This document shows positions 1 through 10,657 of a stretch of 34,815 nucleotides of DNA, in pieces (within the stretch, counting starts at the first letter, position 1; each line of letters begins with the position of its first letter). The DNA is from Legionellales bacterium UBA4722 (GTDB lineage: Bacteria > Pseudomonadota > Gammaproteobacteria > DSM-16500), in contig DHJK01000169.1 of the NCBI GenBank assembly GCA_002404295.1, forward strand, positions 4,882-39,696. Reading direction: 5' to 3'. Made by a program: the position numbers and the translations under genes. The notes beneath the pieces were generated by a model that saw only the letters and a program-made list of their open reading frames with translations, had not been told where the DNA came from and made no database searches.

Positions 1-107
1 GCGTGCGTGCCCGTCTTTTCCTACCCAATTAATGAGCCTCATTTAAATGGCTAGGAAAAGACGGGCACGCACGCGGGCACGATTTGAGCAGTGCAATTTG
101 CTGAATA
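1..107. repeat. Family A palindromic element (MITE/REP-like), left end truncated by window start
   Basis: Perfect 23-bp inverted repeat 1-23/52-74 (gcgtgcgtgcccgtcttttccta). Ends in GCTGAATA like the full copy at 34659-34815. Bases 1-20 are identical to 34704-34723. Confidence 0.9.
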
Positions 108-196
108 GTGATGGGGTTCGATTATAATGTCAGCGGGAACCACTGGCTACTTTATTTTAGATCTATTAGAATTCATCATCAGTTTTTGGATTATAG

Positions 197-1255
<1,059 letters not shown>

Positions 1256-1280
1256 GGCTGAGGCTGTAACTGTTTCTTTG

Positions 1281-1521
1281 CTTTGGCGCTGCTTATCGCG
1301 TCCCTTCCCCCTCCGGGGGAAGGAAAGGAAGGGGGAATAAAATTACAGCATACTATCTAAGTAGCACTTTCCTTGAAAGGCAACAGATTAGGTTAAGAGG
1401 TAATTTAGATTCCCCCTTCCCATCCTTCCCCCTGAGGGGGAAGGGGCTTACTAAGCAGCTTTTAGTCTTAACTTGAGGCCTACGCCACTAAGGGGAAGGG
1501 GCCAGATAAGCAGTGCCAGAG
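1281..1521. repeat. Family B palindromic element (core 1290-1457) plus an extra degenerate outer arm (1491-1521)
   Basis: cccttccccctccgggggaagg...gggggaat (~1302-1338) is inverted against attcccccttcc...gggggaagggg (~1409-1446). Bounded by TGCTTA...TAAGCA. 1441-1457 is the reverse complement of 24555-24571. Confidence 0.88.
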
Positions 1522-1555
1522 TAAATGTTGAACGATTATTCCAGGAGTACACCCC

Positions 1556-2389
1556 ATTAAGGCAATCTTCACACAAGGCTCCCAATCCGGCTTCCGAGTT
1601 TTCCTCCTACTCGCCTTTGCGCTCACCCTCATGATCCTCGACAAACACGTCGCCGCCATCACCCAAATCCGTACTGTTCTCTCAGTCCCCCTCAGCTCCT
1701 TACAATACGCAGTGAGCTGGCCCATCGAACTAGTCGATAAAATACACGACACCATCAGCACCCACGATTCACTCGTCCAAGAAAACCTGGATTTAAAAGC
1801 AGAACAACTAACCCTGCGAGCCCAAGTACAACGTTTGCTCGCGATCGAATCAGAAAACGACCAACTCAAAGCACTCGTACATTCATCAGCCCAACTACAA
1901 AGCAAAGTGCTCATTGCCCAACTATTAGCAGTATCCGCTGACCCTTTCCTAAAACAAGTCATACTCAACAAAGGCAGCCATGATAATGTTTTTGTAGGCC
2001 AGCCCGTGCTCGATGCCAACGGCGTCATGGGCCAAGTCACCCAAGTTGAACCACTAACCAGCCGCATCTTATTAATCAACGATGTTCACAGCGGACTTTC
2101 CGTACAAGTCGTACGTAATGGCGTGCGCGCTATTGCTGTGGGCGATGCTTATTCCGGCCAATTACGATTATTAAACGTCCCGCAAACCGCCGATATTCGC
2201 AACGGAGATATATTAATTACGTCCGGCTTAGGAGAACATTTCCCCGAAGGTTATCCTGTTGGCCAAGTCACAACTGTCACCAAAGATCCCGGATTGCAAT
2301 TTGCAACGATCATAGTCCATCCAGCCGCTCACTTAGACAGAAGCCGCGGCGTCTTGCTGGTATGGCCAGCTAATCGAGCTAAATTATGA
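1556..2389 (+). CDS. mreC: Rod shape-determining protein MreC (probable ATT start at 1556; first ATG is at 1631)
   Basis: Coiled coil followed by beta domain (GDILITSGLG..FPEGYPVG). In-frame ATT 8 nt after AGGAG restores the typical (M)KAIF..G N-terminus and TM helix. Confidence 0.93.
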   Translation: MKAIFTQGSQSGFRVFLLLAFALTLMILDKHVAAITQIRTVLSVPLSSLQYAVSWPIELVDKIHDTISTHDSLVQENLDLKAEQLTLRAQVQRLLAIESENDQLKALVHSSAQLQSKVLIAQLLAVSADPFLKQVILNKGSHDNVFVGQPVLDANGVMGQVTQVEPLTSRILLINDVHSGLSVQVVRNGVRAIAVGDAYSGQLRLLNVPQTADIRNGDILITSGLGEHFPEGYPVGQVTTVTKDPGLQFATIIVHPAAHLDRSRGVLLVWPANRAKL

Positions 2390-2859
2390 CAGATACCAAT
2401 AGAAATGGATTTATTATTCCTCTCACGATATTAATTGCTTTTATCCTGACTTTATTGCCCATGCCAACGTGGGCAGTATGGTTACGCCCCGCGTGGATTT
2501 TGATGATTCTGATCTACTGGACTATTGCAGCACCTGAACGTGTGAATATTGGCGTTGCTTGCGTCACAGGTATTTTTTTAGATGTCTTGGAAGGTACGTT
2601 ACTAGGCGAACATGCTTTTGCGCTCATCGTTGTTGTCTACCTGGTGAGTAAAATGTATAGCCGCTTGCGGATGTTCCCGATGCTGCAGCAGGGTGTTACT
2701 ATTTTTCTACTCGTTTTGCTTTATCAGTTTATTTTATTTTGTATCCAAGGATTCTTAGGCGCTCTACCTGATAGTTGGCTATATTGGTCATGCTCGTTGA
2801 CAAGCATGTTACTGTGGCCTTGGGTGTGCAGTATTTTACGTGGTTGGGCATACGCATAA
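2386..2859 (+). CDS. mreD: Rod shape-determining protein MreD
   Basis: Hydrophobic protein with RP.W...ILIYW and G..LD.L.G.LLG.HA motifs; ATGA overlap with mreC. Confidence 0.96.
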   Translation: MTDTNRNGFIIPLTILIAFILTLLPMPTWAVWLRPAWILMILIYWTIAAPERVNIGVACVTGIFLDVLEGTLLGEHAFALIVVVYLVSKMYSRLRMFPMLQQGVTIFLLVLLYQFILFCIQGFLGALPDSWLYWSCSLTSMLLWPWVCSILRGWAYA

Positions 2860-2861
2860 AA

Positions 2862-4304
2862 ATGATCGAAGAAATTCTTTTAAATATTACACCTCATGAA
2901 GTGCGAGCCGCTTTCGTTACGGATAGCGTCTTACAAGAAATTTATATCGAACGTCGTTTACATCAAGGCTTAGTCGGTAATATTTATAAAGGCAAAGTTC
3001 ATCGCGTCTTACCCGGCATTCAAGCCGCCTTTATCGATATTGGTTTAGACCGCGCCGCTTTTTTGCATGTGAGTGACTTACAAACAAAAACACCTGATAC
3101 CAATATTCGTGACATGCTACAACAAGGCCAAGATATTCTTGTGCAAGTTTATAAAGACTCACTAGGCTCTAAAGGTGTACGCGTCACCACACAATTGACA
3201 ATTCCTGGACGTTATTTAGTTTTTGTCCCAGGAATGCAGCAACTTGCTTTTTCACAGCGAATCACTGATGAATCTGTGCGCGCCCGTTTATCTCAAATGC
3301 TAACCGTAACCCCCGCAGGCGGTTATGTTTTTAGAACCGCCGCAGCCGTTGCAACTCAGTCTGAACTCACTGCAGAAAGTGAACATCTACCCGCAGCATG
3401 GACAGACGTGTTAGCCCGCAGCAAGTCAGCCAAAGTCGGTGAGTTGATTTATGCAGAAATGCCTATAGAGCTGCGATTGTTGCGCGATAGAGTAACAGAC
3501 TCCATCACAAGAATTCGTGTAGATCAATCAGCTGCTGTTGTCCAAATGCACGCATTCACAAAACGTCATATGCCAAACCTGACTGATCGTATTGAATATC
3601 ATCCAAGTACCCAGCCTATTTTTGATATTTACTCAGTAGAAGCACAATTACAAAAAGCGTTACATCGCAAAGTGTATTTAAAATCTGGCGGCTATCTAAT
3701 TTTTGATCAAACTGAAGCGATGACAACGATTGATGTCAATACAGGATCTTTTTTAGGTCACGGTAATCAAGAAGACACTATTTTTAAAACAAATGTAGAG
3801 GCAATTAGTGTGATAGCCCGCCAAGTTAGGTTGCGAAACTTGGGTGGTATTATTATTATAGATTTTATTGATATGTCTGACCTGCAACACAAAGATCAGT
3901 TATTACAGTTATTGACAGAAGCGTTATCAAAAGACAACGTTAGAACAGAGGTAAGTGAGTTATCGAGCTTAGGCCTAGTGCAGCTCACCCGAAAACGTAC
4001 ACGAGAAAGTCTAGAGCGAGTTTTATGTGTCCCATGCCCTGTATGTCATCAGCGAGGTACAGTAAAATCGTTAGAAACCATGGGCTATGAAATTTTGCGC
4101 GAGTTACAGCACACAGCCCGAAATTTCGCTTGGCCAGGTTTTTCAATCCTAGCTGCGGCAGTGGTCGTGGAATATTTATGTACCGATCAAGCCCATAGAT
4201 TGAAAGAGCTGGAATTAGAAGTGGGTAGACCCATCAAATTACAGGTAGAATCTACCTATACACAGGAACATTACGACATCTTACCCATGTCAGAAAAGGA
4301 ATAA
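2862..4304 (+). CDS. rng: Ribonuclease G (RNase E/G family)
   Basis: GNIYKGKV.RVLPGIQAAF S1 domain, IDVNTG, RNLGGIIIIDFIDM and CPVC motifs. ATG at 2862 chosen over the overlapping 2775 start. Confidence 0.95.
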   Translation: MIEEILLNITPHEVRAAFVTDSVLQEIYIERRLHQGLVGNIYKGKVHRVLPGIQAAFIDIGLDRAAFLHVSDLQTKTPDTNIRDMLQQGQDILVQVYKDSLGSKGVRVTTQLTIPGRYLVFVPGMQQLAFSQRITDESVRARLSQMLTVTPAGGYVFRTAAAVATQSELTAESEHLPAAWTDVLARSKSAKVGELIYAEMPIELRLLRDRVTDSITRIRVDQSAAVVQMHAFTKRHMPNLTDRIEYHPSTQPIFDIYSVEAQLQKALHRKVYLKSGGYLIFDQTEAMTTIDVNTGSFLGHGNQEDTIFKTNVEAISVIARQVRLRNLGGIIIIDFIDMSDLQHKDQLLQLLTEALSKDNVRTEVSELSSLGLVQLTRKRTRESLERVLCVPCPVCHQRGTVKSLETMGYEILRELQHTARNFAWPGFSILAAAVVVEYLCTDQAHRLKELELEVGRPIKLQVESTYTQEHYDILPMSEKE

Positions 4305-4307
4305 AGT

Positions 4308-7300
4308 GTGGCAATGTTAATAGGGAAAGCTATGCGATGGTTAGGATATTGCATTGCTAGCATCATTATTTTGGCAGCAGCGGCAGTCAGTACGACTCAG
4401 TTGTTATCGCCTTACTTAAATGAACATCGTGCTGATTTTTCAAAATGGGCAAGTGATTTACTCAACATGCCGATTAGTATTAATCAAGTCAACATTTCTT
4501 GGCGACGCGGTGAGCCTGAAATCGTACTGCAACAAGTTGCAATATTAAATAAACAGACACAGAAACCGACTTTCGAAATTCAAACCATAAAAATAAATAT
4601 TAAAATTCTCCAAAGTTTACTGCAAAGAAAGCTGTTGCCAGAAGATATTAGAATTTACGGTGTACACATGACAGTACATCAAAAAAAATCAGGACAATTA
4701 AACGTCGTTGGTTTAGATAATTTTGTATTCATGGATAATTTTACCGGCAGTTCTGTTCTCGGCAATGCGATGAGCGCATGGATTTTTTCACAGCCTCATT
4801 TGACATTGCGTAATATTGAGATTGAGTTTATTCCAGAAATAGGCCCACAAAGATCCGTCACCTTGGCGTCATTAAATTTACATAATACAAACACTGAGCA
4901 TATGTTATCTGGAAAAGCAACGCTGAATCAAGCTATGCCTACTCAAGTAGAAATTAAGTTACAGTGGGAAGGCGCATCATCCGATATATTGCACAGTGCG
5001 TCACAGGTCCACTTATACCTCTATTTAGAAAGTGTTTCACTTTCGCAATGGATTAGCGAAAAAACATGGAAAAATTTGCAAGTGAAACAGGGTGCAGGCA
5101 GTGGGAAATTTTGGATCAGCTGGGATCATAGCCAATTACAAAAAATAGAAAGCCAATTTCAACTCTATGAACTACAACTTCAATCGTTGGCGACTAAAAA
5201 AACAGTTGTTATTCCACGTCTCAATGGCCGCTTAGGTTGGCAGCGTGATGGCGAGCAACAGCTGATTGTGGGCGACGATATACTGATCGATTTCCCCGAG
5301 CATTTATGGCCAGTCACTCAATTTTCTTTGACTTTATTGCCTGATCAAAGCTCGCCACAACCACCACTTAAAAGAAAAGCAGGAGGCTATGCACTGCAAG
5401 CAGGTTATTTTGATTTAGCTGATACCAGTGAATTAGCACTAGCCAGTGGTTTGTTGCCTGAATCAATGCAAAAGTTGCTACTAGACCTCAATCCAATGGG
5501 AGAAGTACGTGCATTAAACATTCAGTCTTCAGTTGAAAAAGAGAGTTATTCAGCAGAATTTTCTAATCTTACCGTGAGTCCTTGGCAAACTTATCCAGGC
5601 GTAATCAATATGAATGGAAAATTTTCCTGGGATGGAAGCCAAGGGAAATTAACACTGGACGGCAAACAAGCTACAGTCATTTTAAATTCTGTTTTCGAAA
5701 AACCATTACAGTTTGATACTGTCTCAGGCGATATTTTATGGCAAAAAAATGCAACGAATACCTTGTTAATCGATGCAAAGAATTTTGAAGTGAGTAATCC
5801 GGATATCACTCTTAACACCACATTGAGTTTAATTATCCCGCAAACGGAATCACCAACCCTTAACGTATCAGGTGATTTTTCTGTTTCTCATGCGGCACAA
5901 ATTGTAAATTATTTACCTGTCAAAAAATTCGAACCGCCTTTAGTAGAGTGGTTACATAATCGATTCCAAGGTGGGCAACTTTCATCAGGAAAAATAACAA
6001 TTCAAGGAAAGTTAAGTGATCTGGCTTCTGATAATGGCTTAGGAAAATTTCTTATCAGTACTAAAGTGAAAGATTTAGATTTTGAATACGCACCCGGTTG
6101 GCCCATGGTGCATCATGTTTATGGTGATTTAGTTTTTTCAGGCCATTCGATGACAGCAGATATGGAATCAGGACAGCTTTATAATGTGCCACTCACAAAA
6201 GTGCATGGCTATATTCCTTATATTGGCCCCGAGCATCCGCAAGTTCTAGATTTGCAGGCAACAATCAATGCAGACCTCAGTCAAGGGTTACGCTTCATAC
6301 AAGAAAGTCCACTACGAAATACGATTGGAAAAGATTTAGAGGGTATGCAGTTATCAGGTGCTATGGGATTGAAGCTCGCATTTACTATTCCTGTTAAAAC
6401 ACCTGAAAAAAGTAAAGTGCTGGGTGATGTCACTGTTGCTTCCGCTGTGCTTCAGTTACCAAGCTGGCATCTTACGTTGGATCGCTTAGCAGGTGCTTTG
6501 CATTTTACTGAAGAATCTATACAAATTAATCAAATCCAAGGACGATTATTTAACGAACCTGTCAGTTTAACGATGAATACAGTTCGCGCAGCTAATGCCC
6601 CTCCCGTTGTTAAAGCTGTAGTACAAGGAAAAATTTCGCAACCACTCCTAGAGAAATGGCTTAAGATGTCACTCTCTCAATTCATTAAAGGCGCTACACC
6701 TTATACCGTTGAGTTAAATATTGTTTCGCATAAATATTCACAACCCAGCCAACTGATTATACGTTCTAATTTAACAGGGCTCGCGATAGACTTACCTGAA
6801 ATATACGGGAAAAAAGCAGAGGAGCCTCGTGACTTTCAATTAACGGCTAATTTGAAACTCGATCAACCATTCCAAACTAAAATACAGTATGGAAAATTAT
6901 TAACAGCCGCGATCACCTACAAACAATCACCACAAGGTTGGGAATTTCAAAGCGGTGAATTACGATTGGGTAGTAATGGTCAAGCAAATTGGCAATCACA
7001 ACCCGGTATCTTAGTGACAGGCCAACTTGATAAATTAGATTGGAATAAGTGGCATACCTATTTTTCAAGTTTGTCACTGGGTGAAAAAAACAAAACAACA
7101 GAATCGAATACAATGATGAAGTATTTTCGTGGCGTAGATATTCTAGCAAATCAATTTCCAATTCTGGGGCAAAACCTGACACATGTGCGTGTGCAAGCGT
7201 CGCAAGAAAATAATGCTTGGAAAATAGGTGTAGCAAGCTCAGAGGCAACAGGCCAAGTTTGGCTGCCAATCCAAAATTCACAGTCGGTCATCCAAGCTAA

Positions 7301-8177
7301 ATTTCAGCATCTTTATTTATCATCCGCACAAACTCAACAACCTAATGATCCCAAAACCATCCCTGCATTTTCTTTTATATGCGATGATGTACGGTATAAA
7401 GATCAAGCGATTGGGCATGTTGCATTAGATGGAGAGCCTATTAAATCAGGATTGAAAATATCAAAACTTAATATTTTTACTGATTTCTTTAATTTAAATG
7501 CAAAAGGCGATTGGTCAGCACAGAAAAACAATAATCAAACAAATTTATCAGGCACGCTAAACACTAAAAATGTCAGTCAATTGTTAGATCATTGGGGACT
7601 GGGCTCTGCAAATTTAGTAGCCGGTGAGGGTGATATTACATTTGACCTTAATTGGGCAGATGCACCCTACAAACCTTCGCTTGCCAATTTATCAGGCTCA
7701 CTCTTTTTAAAGTTAGGAAAAGGCAGGGTGATTAATTTAGGAAACTCTACAGATGCGAAGCTCGGCTTCGGCCGCATGCTCAATATTTTAAATTTGCAAA
7801 CATTACCACGACGTCTCAGTTTAGATTTCACTGATTTATTCGAAAAAGGCTATAGCTTCGATGCCATGCAAGGCCATTTTAATTTAGACCATGGCAGTGC
7901 GATAACGAAAGACACCTATTTTGCAGGGCCTATAGCTAGAATTGAAATTCAGGGAAAAATAGGCATGGCCGCGAAAGATTATGACCTTATCTTAAGCGTC
8001 ACACCCTACGTCACCGGCAGCATACCTCTTGTTGCAACCCTTGCAGGCGGCCCGCTGGTGGGCGCTGTAACGTGGCTTGTAGAAAAAGCCGCAAGTGGCG
8101 TAGTTTCAAAAGCGGCAACCTATCACTATTCTGTCAGAGGCCCTTGGGATCATCCTGTTTGGGAGCAGACCCATTAA
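4308..8177 (+). CDS. yhdP: YhdP/AsmA-like intermembrane phospholipid transporter
   Basis: 1289 aa; N-terminal TM; C-terminal LPRRLSLDFTDLFEKG and Y.V.GPW..P motifs; canonical position after rng. Confidence 0.9.
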   Translation: MAMLIGKAMRWLGYCIASIIILAAAAVSTTQLLSPYLNEHRADFSKWASDLLNMPISINQVNISWRRGEPEIVLQQVAILNKQTQKPTFEIQTIKINIKILQSLLQRKLLPEDIRIYGVHMTVHQKKSGQLNVVGLDNFVFMDNFTGSSVLGNAMSAWIFSQPHLTLRNIEIEFIPEIGPQRSVTLASLNLHNTNTEHMLSGKATLNQAMPTQVEIKLQWEGASSDILHSASQVHLYLYLESVSLSQWISEKTWKNLQVKQGAGSGKFWISWDHSQLQKIESQFQLYELQLQSLATKKTVVIPRLNGRLGWQRDGEQQLIVGDDILIDFPEHLWPVTQFSLTLLPDQSSPQPPLKRKAGGYALQAGYFDLADTSELALASGLLPESMQKLLLDLNPMGEVRALNIQSSVEKESYSAEFSNLTVSPWQTYPGVINMNGKFSWDGSQGKLTLDGKQATVILNSVFEKPLQFDTVSGDILWQKNATNTLLIDAKNFEVSNPDITLNTTLSLIIPQTESPTLNVSGDFSVSHAAQIVNYLPVKKFEPPLVEWLHNRFQGGQLSSGKITIQGKLSDLASDNGLGKFLISTKVKDLDFEYAPGWPMVHHVYGDLVFSGHSMTADMESGQLYNVPLTKVHGYIPYIGPEHPQVLDLQATINADLSQGLRFIQESPLRNTIGKDLEGMQLSGAMGLKLAFTIPVKTPEKSKVLGDVTVASAVLQLPSWHLTLDRLAGALHFTEESIQINQIQGRLFNEPVSLTMNTVRAANAPPVVKAVVQGKISQPLLEKWLKMSLSQFIKGATPYTVELNIVSHKYSQPSQLIIRSNLTGLAIDLPEIYGKKAEEPRDFQLTANLKLDQPFQTKIQYGKLLTAAITYKQSPQGWEFQSGELRLGSNGQANWQSQPGILVTGQLDKLDWNKWHTYFSSLSLGEKNKTTESNTMMKYFRGVDILANQFPILGQNLTHVRVQASQENNAWKIGVASSEATGQVWLPIQNSQSVIQAKFQHLYLSSAQTQQPNDPKTIPAFSFICDDVRYKDQAIGHVALDGEPIKSGLKISKLNIFTDFFNLNAKGDWSAQKNNNQTNLSGTLNTKNVSQLLDHWGLGSANLVAGEGDITFDLNWADAPYKPSLANLSGSLFLKLGKGRVINLGNSTDAKLGFGRMLNILNLQTLPRRLSLDFTDLFEKGYSFDAMQGHFNLDHGSAITKDTYFAGPIARIEIQGKIGMAAKDYDLILSVTPYVTGSIPLVATLAGGPLVGAVTWLVEKAASGVVSKAATYHYSVRGPWDHPVWEQTH

Positions 8178-8368
8178 GAAAAAAACAGTTGCAAAAATAA
8201 TTGTCACAACCTAGCTATGATTAATATTCAATCACATCAGGTCTATTTATACTTATATTATTCAATAGAGTAATGATGAGTTTTATAGGGTTACTCCTTG
8301 AAAAAATAAGCAATTACAAGCATGTTCTGTCTATTTTTTAGTTACCATCAAAAAAAAATCAAAACTCC

Positions 8369-8377
8369 TGCTATACT
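8369..8377 (+). promoter_or_regulatory. Candidate extended -10 / RpoS-type promoter (TG-C-TATACT)
   Basis: TGCTATACT about 70 nt upstream of ORF 8447, with no recognisable -35. Confidence 0.4.
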
Positions 8378-8446
8378 AAAACAAGGGCTTTGACTAGTTT
8401 TTCAACGCCTACCTTGGCACTGTCGCTTCAATTTGAGGTATGAGTT

Positions 8447-9034
8447 ATGTCGCATGACCGCGCATTCGATAGAAGAGCTCAACCAGGTACGTTGGGATCG
8501 GAAATGAGGAAGCTTTTTCAAGAGATGCAGGGAAGAATCGAAAATCTACAAGAGATGCTTACTTATGCGTCTGCTCAAGGTAAGACTGAAATAGTTAAGC
8601 ACTTAAATAATGTATTAGAATCTTTCAATGAATTAGAAAAAAGATATCGCAGTGGCGAAGTCATGAATGATATAAAAAAAGCATCTTATATGAAAGCCTC
8701 TCCTGCTGTCGATAAAACAATTGAAAAAATAAGGTCGTCTTTGAAAGCGGCAGATAAAGAGATGAATGAGGAAAACACAGAAGCAAAAGCAGAGATGAGG
8801 GATATTCGTAGTTTATTGAAAACAAGCACTGAGCAGGTTGTGAATGAACACTTTATTGATTTTTCTTCTCCACGCAATAAATTTGTAGCACTTGTTGATA
8901 AAATAGATAATTTTGAAAAAATGCATAAAACTAAAAATGCAAAAAATACATCTCAGTTTTTTACATCTCAGCCTAAAGCTAATGAGGAATTTCCACAAAA
9001 TATTCCTGTGGCAAAGTTTAAATCTAATAAATAG
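8447..9034 (+). CDS. Hypothetical charged, helical/coiled-coil protein
   Basis: 195-aa ORF with GAGG RBS, K/E-rich, AT-rich; 11 nt before the next ORF; no family recognised. Confidence 0.75.
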   Translation: MSHDRAFDRRAQPGTLGSEMRKLFQEMQGRIENLQEMLTYASAQGKTEIVKHLNNVLESFNELEKRYRSGEVMNDIKKASYMKASPAVDKTIEKIRSSLKAADKEMNEENTEAKAEMRDIRSLLKTSTEQVVNEHFIDFSSPRNKFVALVDKIDNFEKMHKTKNAKNTSQFFTSQPKANEEFPQNIPVAKFKSNK

Positions 9035-9045
9035 GAACAGTTATA

Positions 9046-10491
9046 ATGCCGATGCTTGATCGTATTGTGGGAGGCTCAATACTAGGAAATAAAAGCGATG
9101 CAATTATTCTAACGAAAGTAGCTGATGCAATACACAGGCCTAATGAACAAGCTATTTATGAAGATGAGCAACATAATAAATGGTATGTTAAAAAAGTGGA
9201 TGAGCCCTTCGCAACACAAGAAACCTTAGCTGCAGATTATTTTCGTTTCTTAACAGGAAAAGATTTGTCTCCTGAGTTGAGAGTACTTTCTGTAGGCGAC
9301 CAATGCTATGTTATTTCACAGTATAATACTAACTTACTCGAAATTACCCCTGATAATATTCCAAAGAACATTGATTATGCCATAATAGCAAGTTATGTTA
9401 TTTCAGATGGCGATTGTAAATTAGAAAATGTCAAATTATGTGGTGAAAGTGCATTTAGAATTGATTTTGGTGGCGCATTACATGAAAAAGATCCTCAAAA
9501 TTTGAATCCATTTGCTTCGGCTATAGGTGACCTACGCATCAATTTTGATCCTCTTGTTGTTAAGAAGTCTGGTCGCTTCACTCCGATGCAATTTATAAAT
9601 TCTGCGAGAAAAATGTGTTCCATAAAACCAGATGATTATAACTGGGCATCGTGGGATTCAGCAGCAAAAAAAGCTAACATTGATTTGGATGAAATTAAGC
9701 TATCAATACAAAGCCGTACCCGTTTATTAGCGGCGCGAGTTACTTCAGAAAAAAGGGCATCTGAAGTGAAAGTAGAAAAATTTAATCCTAAATCAAATTT
9801 GCTAGAATTTTATACTCTTTTAGAGAAGGAAAAAGAGCAAAATGATTTTATTATATTTCCAATTTCACCCGAAGAATTAGCAAGAGAGCATTGTGATTTT
9901 TTTGAAAAACAGTCGAAACATCTCGCTATTTATTTAGATCGTATTGCTATTGCAAAACAGCGGATTAAATTGTATGAAGACGCAAAAGCGTTTATTGCGA
10001 TTAAGCAACCCAGTGAAAATGAATACAAATTTATAGCGTTATCAAAGTCCATGAATATGGAAAAAGAACTTGCCGATCATATGACCTCAAAAAAATCCAG
10101 CCAAAGTTTAGCTCCTCATGCTGTATTATTGGGCTCATCTACTGTATCAAAATCGGATTCGACCAAACAAGTAGATCTACAATTGTTGAATTCCATCCTT
10201 GTAGCTTATGAAAGCAAGGAAGATAAAGAAAAAAAGATCATCACTATCGTATTGCCAAATGATGGTAGTTTATCAGCTAAGGCGAAATTAAAAATATGTG
10301 ATGAATTTAATTTATTAATCAAAAATAGTGATCCTAAACAAGCTAGCGTAGCAGTTTTTGATGCCACAGCAAGTACGATCAGGATAACAAACTGCAGTTT
10401 AAAAGAATTATTGGCCGTGACTAATATAGCTAAACCTCAAAAAATAGATCCATTGGTGCGGCGACAAGGTATGCAGGGTAGACAGTTATAA
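9046..10491 (+). CDS. Atypical kinase-fold protein (PI3/4-kinase/HipA/CtkA/LepB-N-like); candidate secreted effector
   Basis: Motif order WYVKK, E.LAA..FR, P..R, DGDCKLEN (catalytic loop-like), RIDFG, followed by a long unrelated helical C-terminal half. Confidence 0.65.
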   Translation: MPMLDRIVGGSILGNKSDAIILTKVADAIHRPNEQAIYEDEQHNKWYVKKVDEPFATQETLAADYFRFLTGKDLSPELRVLSVGDQCYVISQYNTNLLEITPDNIPKNIDYAIIASYVISDGDCKLENVKLCGESAFRIDFGGALHEKDPQNLNPFASAIGDLRINFDPLVVKKSGRFTPMQFINSARKMCSIKPDDYNWASWDSAAKKANIDLDEIKLSIQSRTRLLAARVTSEKRASEVKVEKFNPKSNLLEFYTLLEKEKEQNDFIIFPISPEELAREHCDFFEKQSKHLAIYLDRIAIAKQRIKLYEDAKAFIAIKQPSENEYKFIALSKSMNMEKELADHMTSKKSSQSLAPHAVLLGSSTVSKSDSTKQVDLQLLNSILVAYESKEDKEKKIITIVLPNDGSLSAKAKLKICDEFNLLIKNSDPKQASVAVFDATASTIRITNCSLKELLAVTNIAKPQKIDPLVRRQGMQGRQL

Positions 10492-10523
10492 ACTTAAACA
10501 ATAGTAACTGCTCACCCTACAGC

Positions 10524-10636
10524 CGTCATTGCGAGCGTGAGCGAAGCAACCTAGTCTTTTCAGAGTTGACTAGAAGCATTTAAGCTCTAAAGTAACGCTG
10601 AAAGACTAGGTTGCTTCGCTCACGCTCGCAATGACG
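10524..10636. repeat. Family C palindromic element (CGTC-type REP / RPE-like)
   Basis: Perfect 36-bp inverted repeat cgtcattgcgagcgtgagcgaagcaacctagtcttt (10524-10559 / 10601-10636) between convergent genes. Confidence 0.92.
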
Positions 10637-10657
10637 ATGCTGTTATAATGTGGGTTG

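Noticed and set aside
98-128. mreB promoter with -35 donated by the family A end (TTGCTG-N19-TATAAT)
   Set aside because: The -10 is good, but 19-nt spacing and a weak -35 are not enough to call it.
1480-2079. 199-aa minus-strand ORF
   Set aside because: Antisense shadow of mreC running into a repeat; no recognisable protein features.
5340-5390. SSPQPPLKRK segment of YhdP as an in-frame repeat insertion
   Set aside because: No palindrome or convincing DNA match to families A-D; likely an ordinary variable loop.
8219-8240. PmrA box upstream of the kinase islet
   Set aside because: Only one TTAATATT half-site in very AT-rich DNA; no properly spaced second half.
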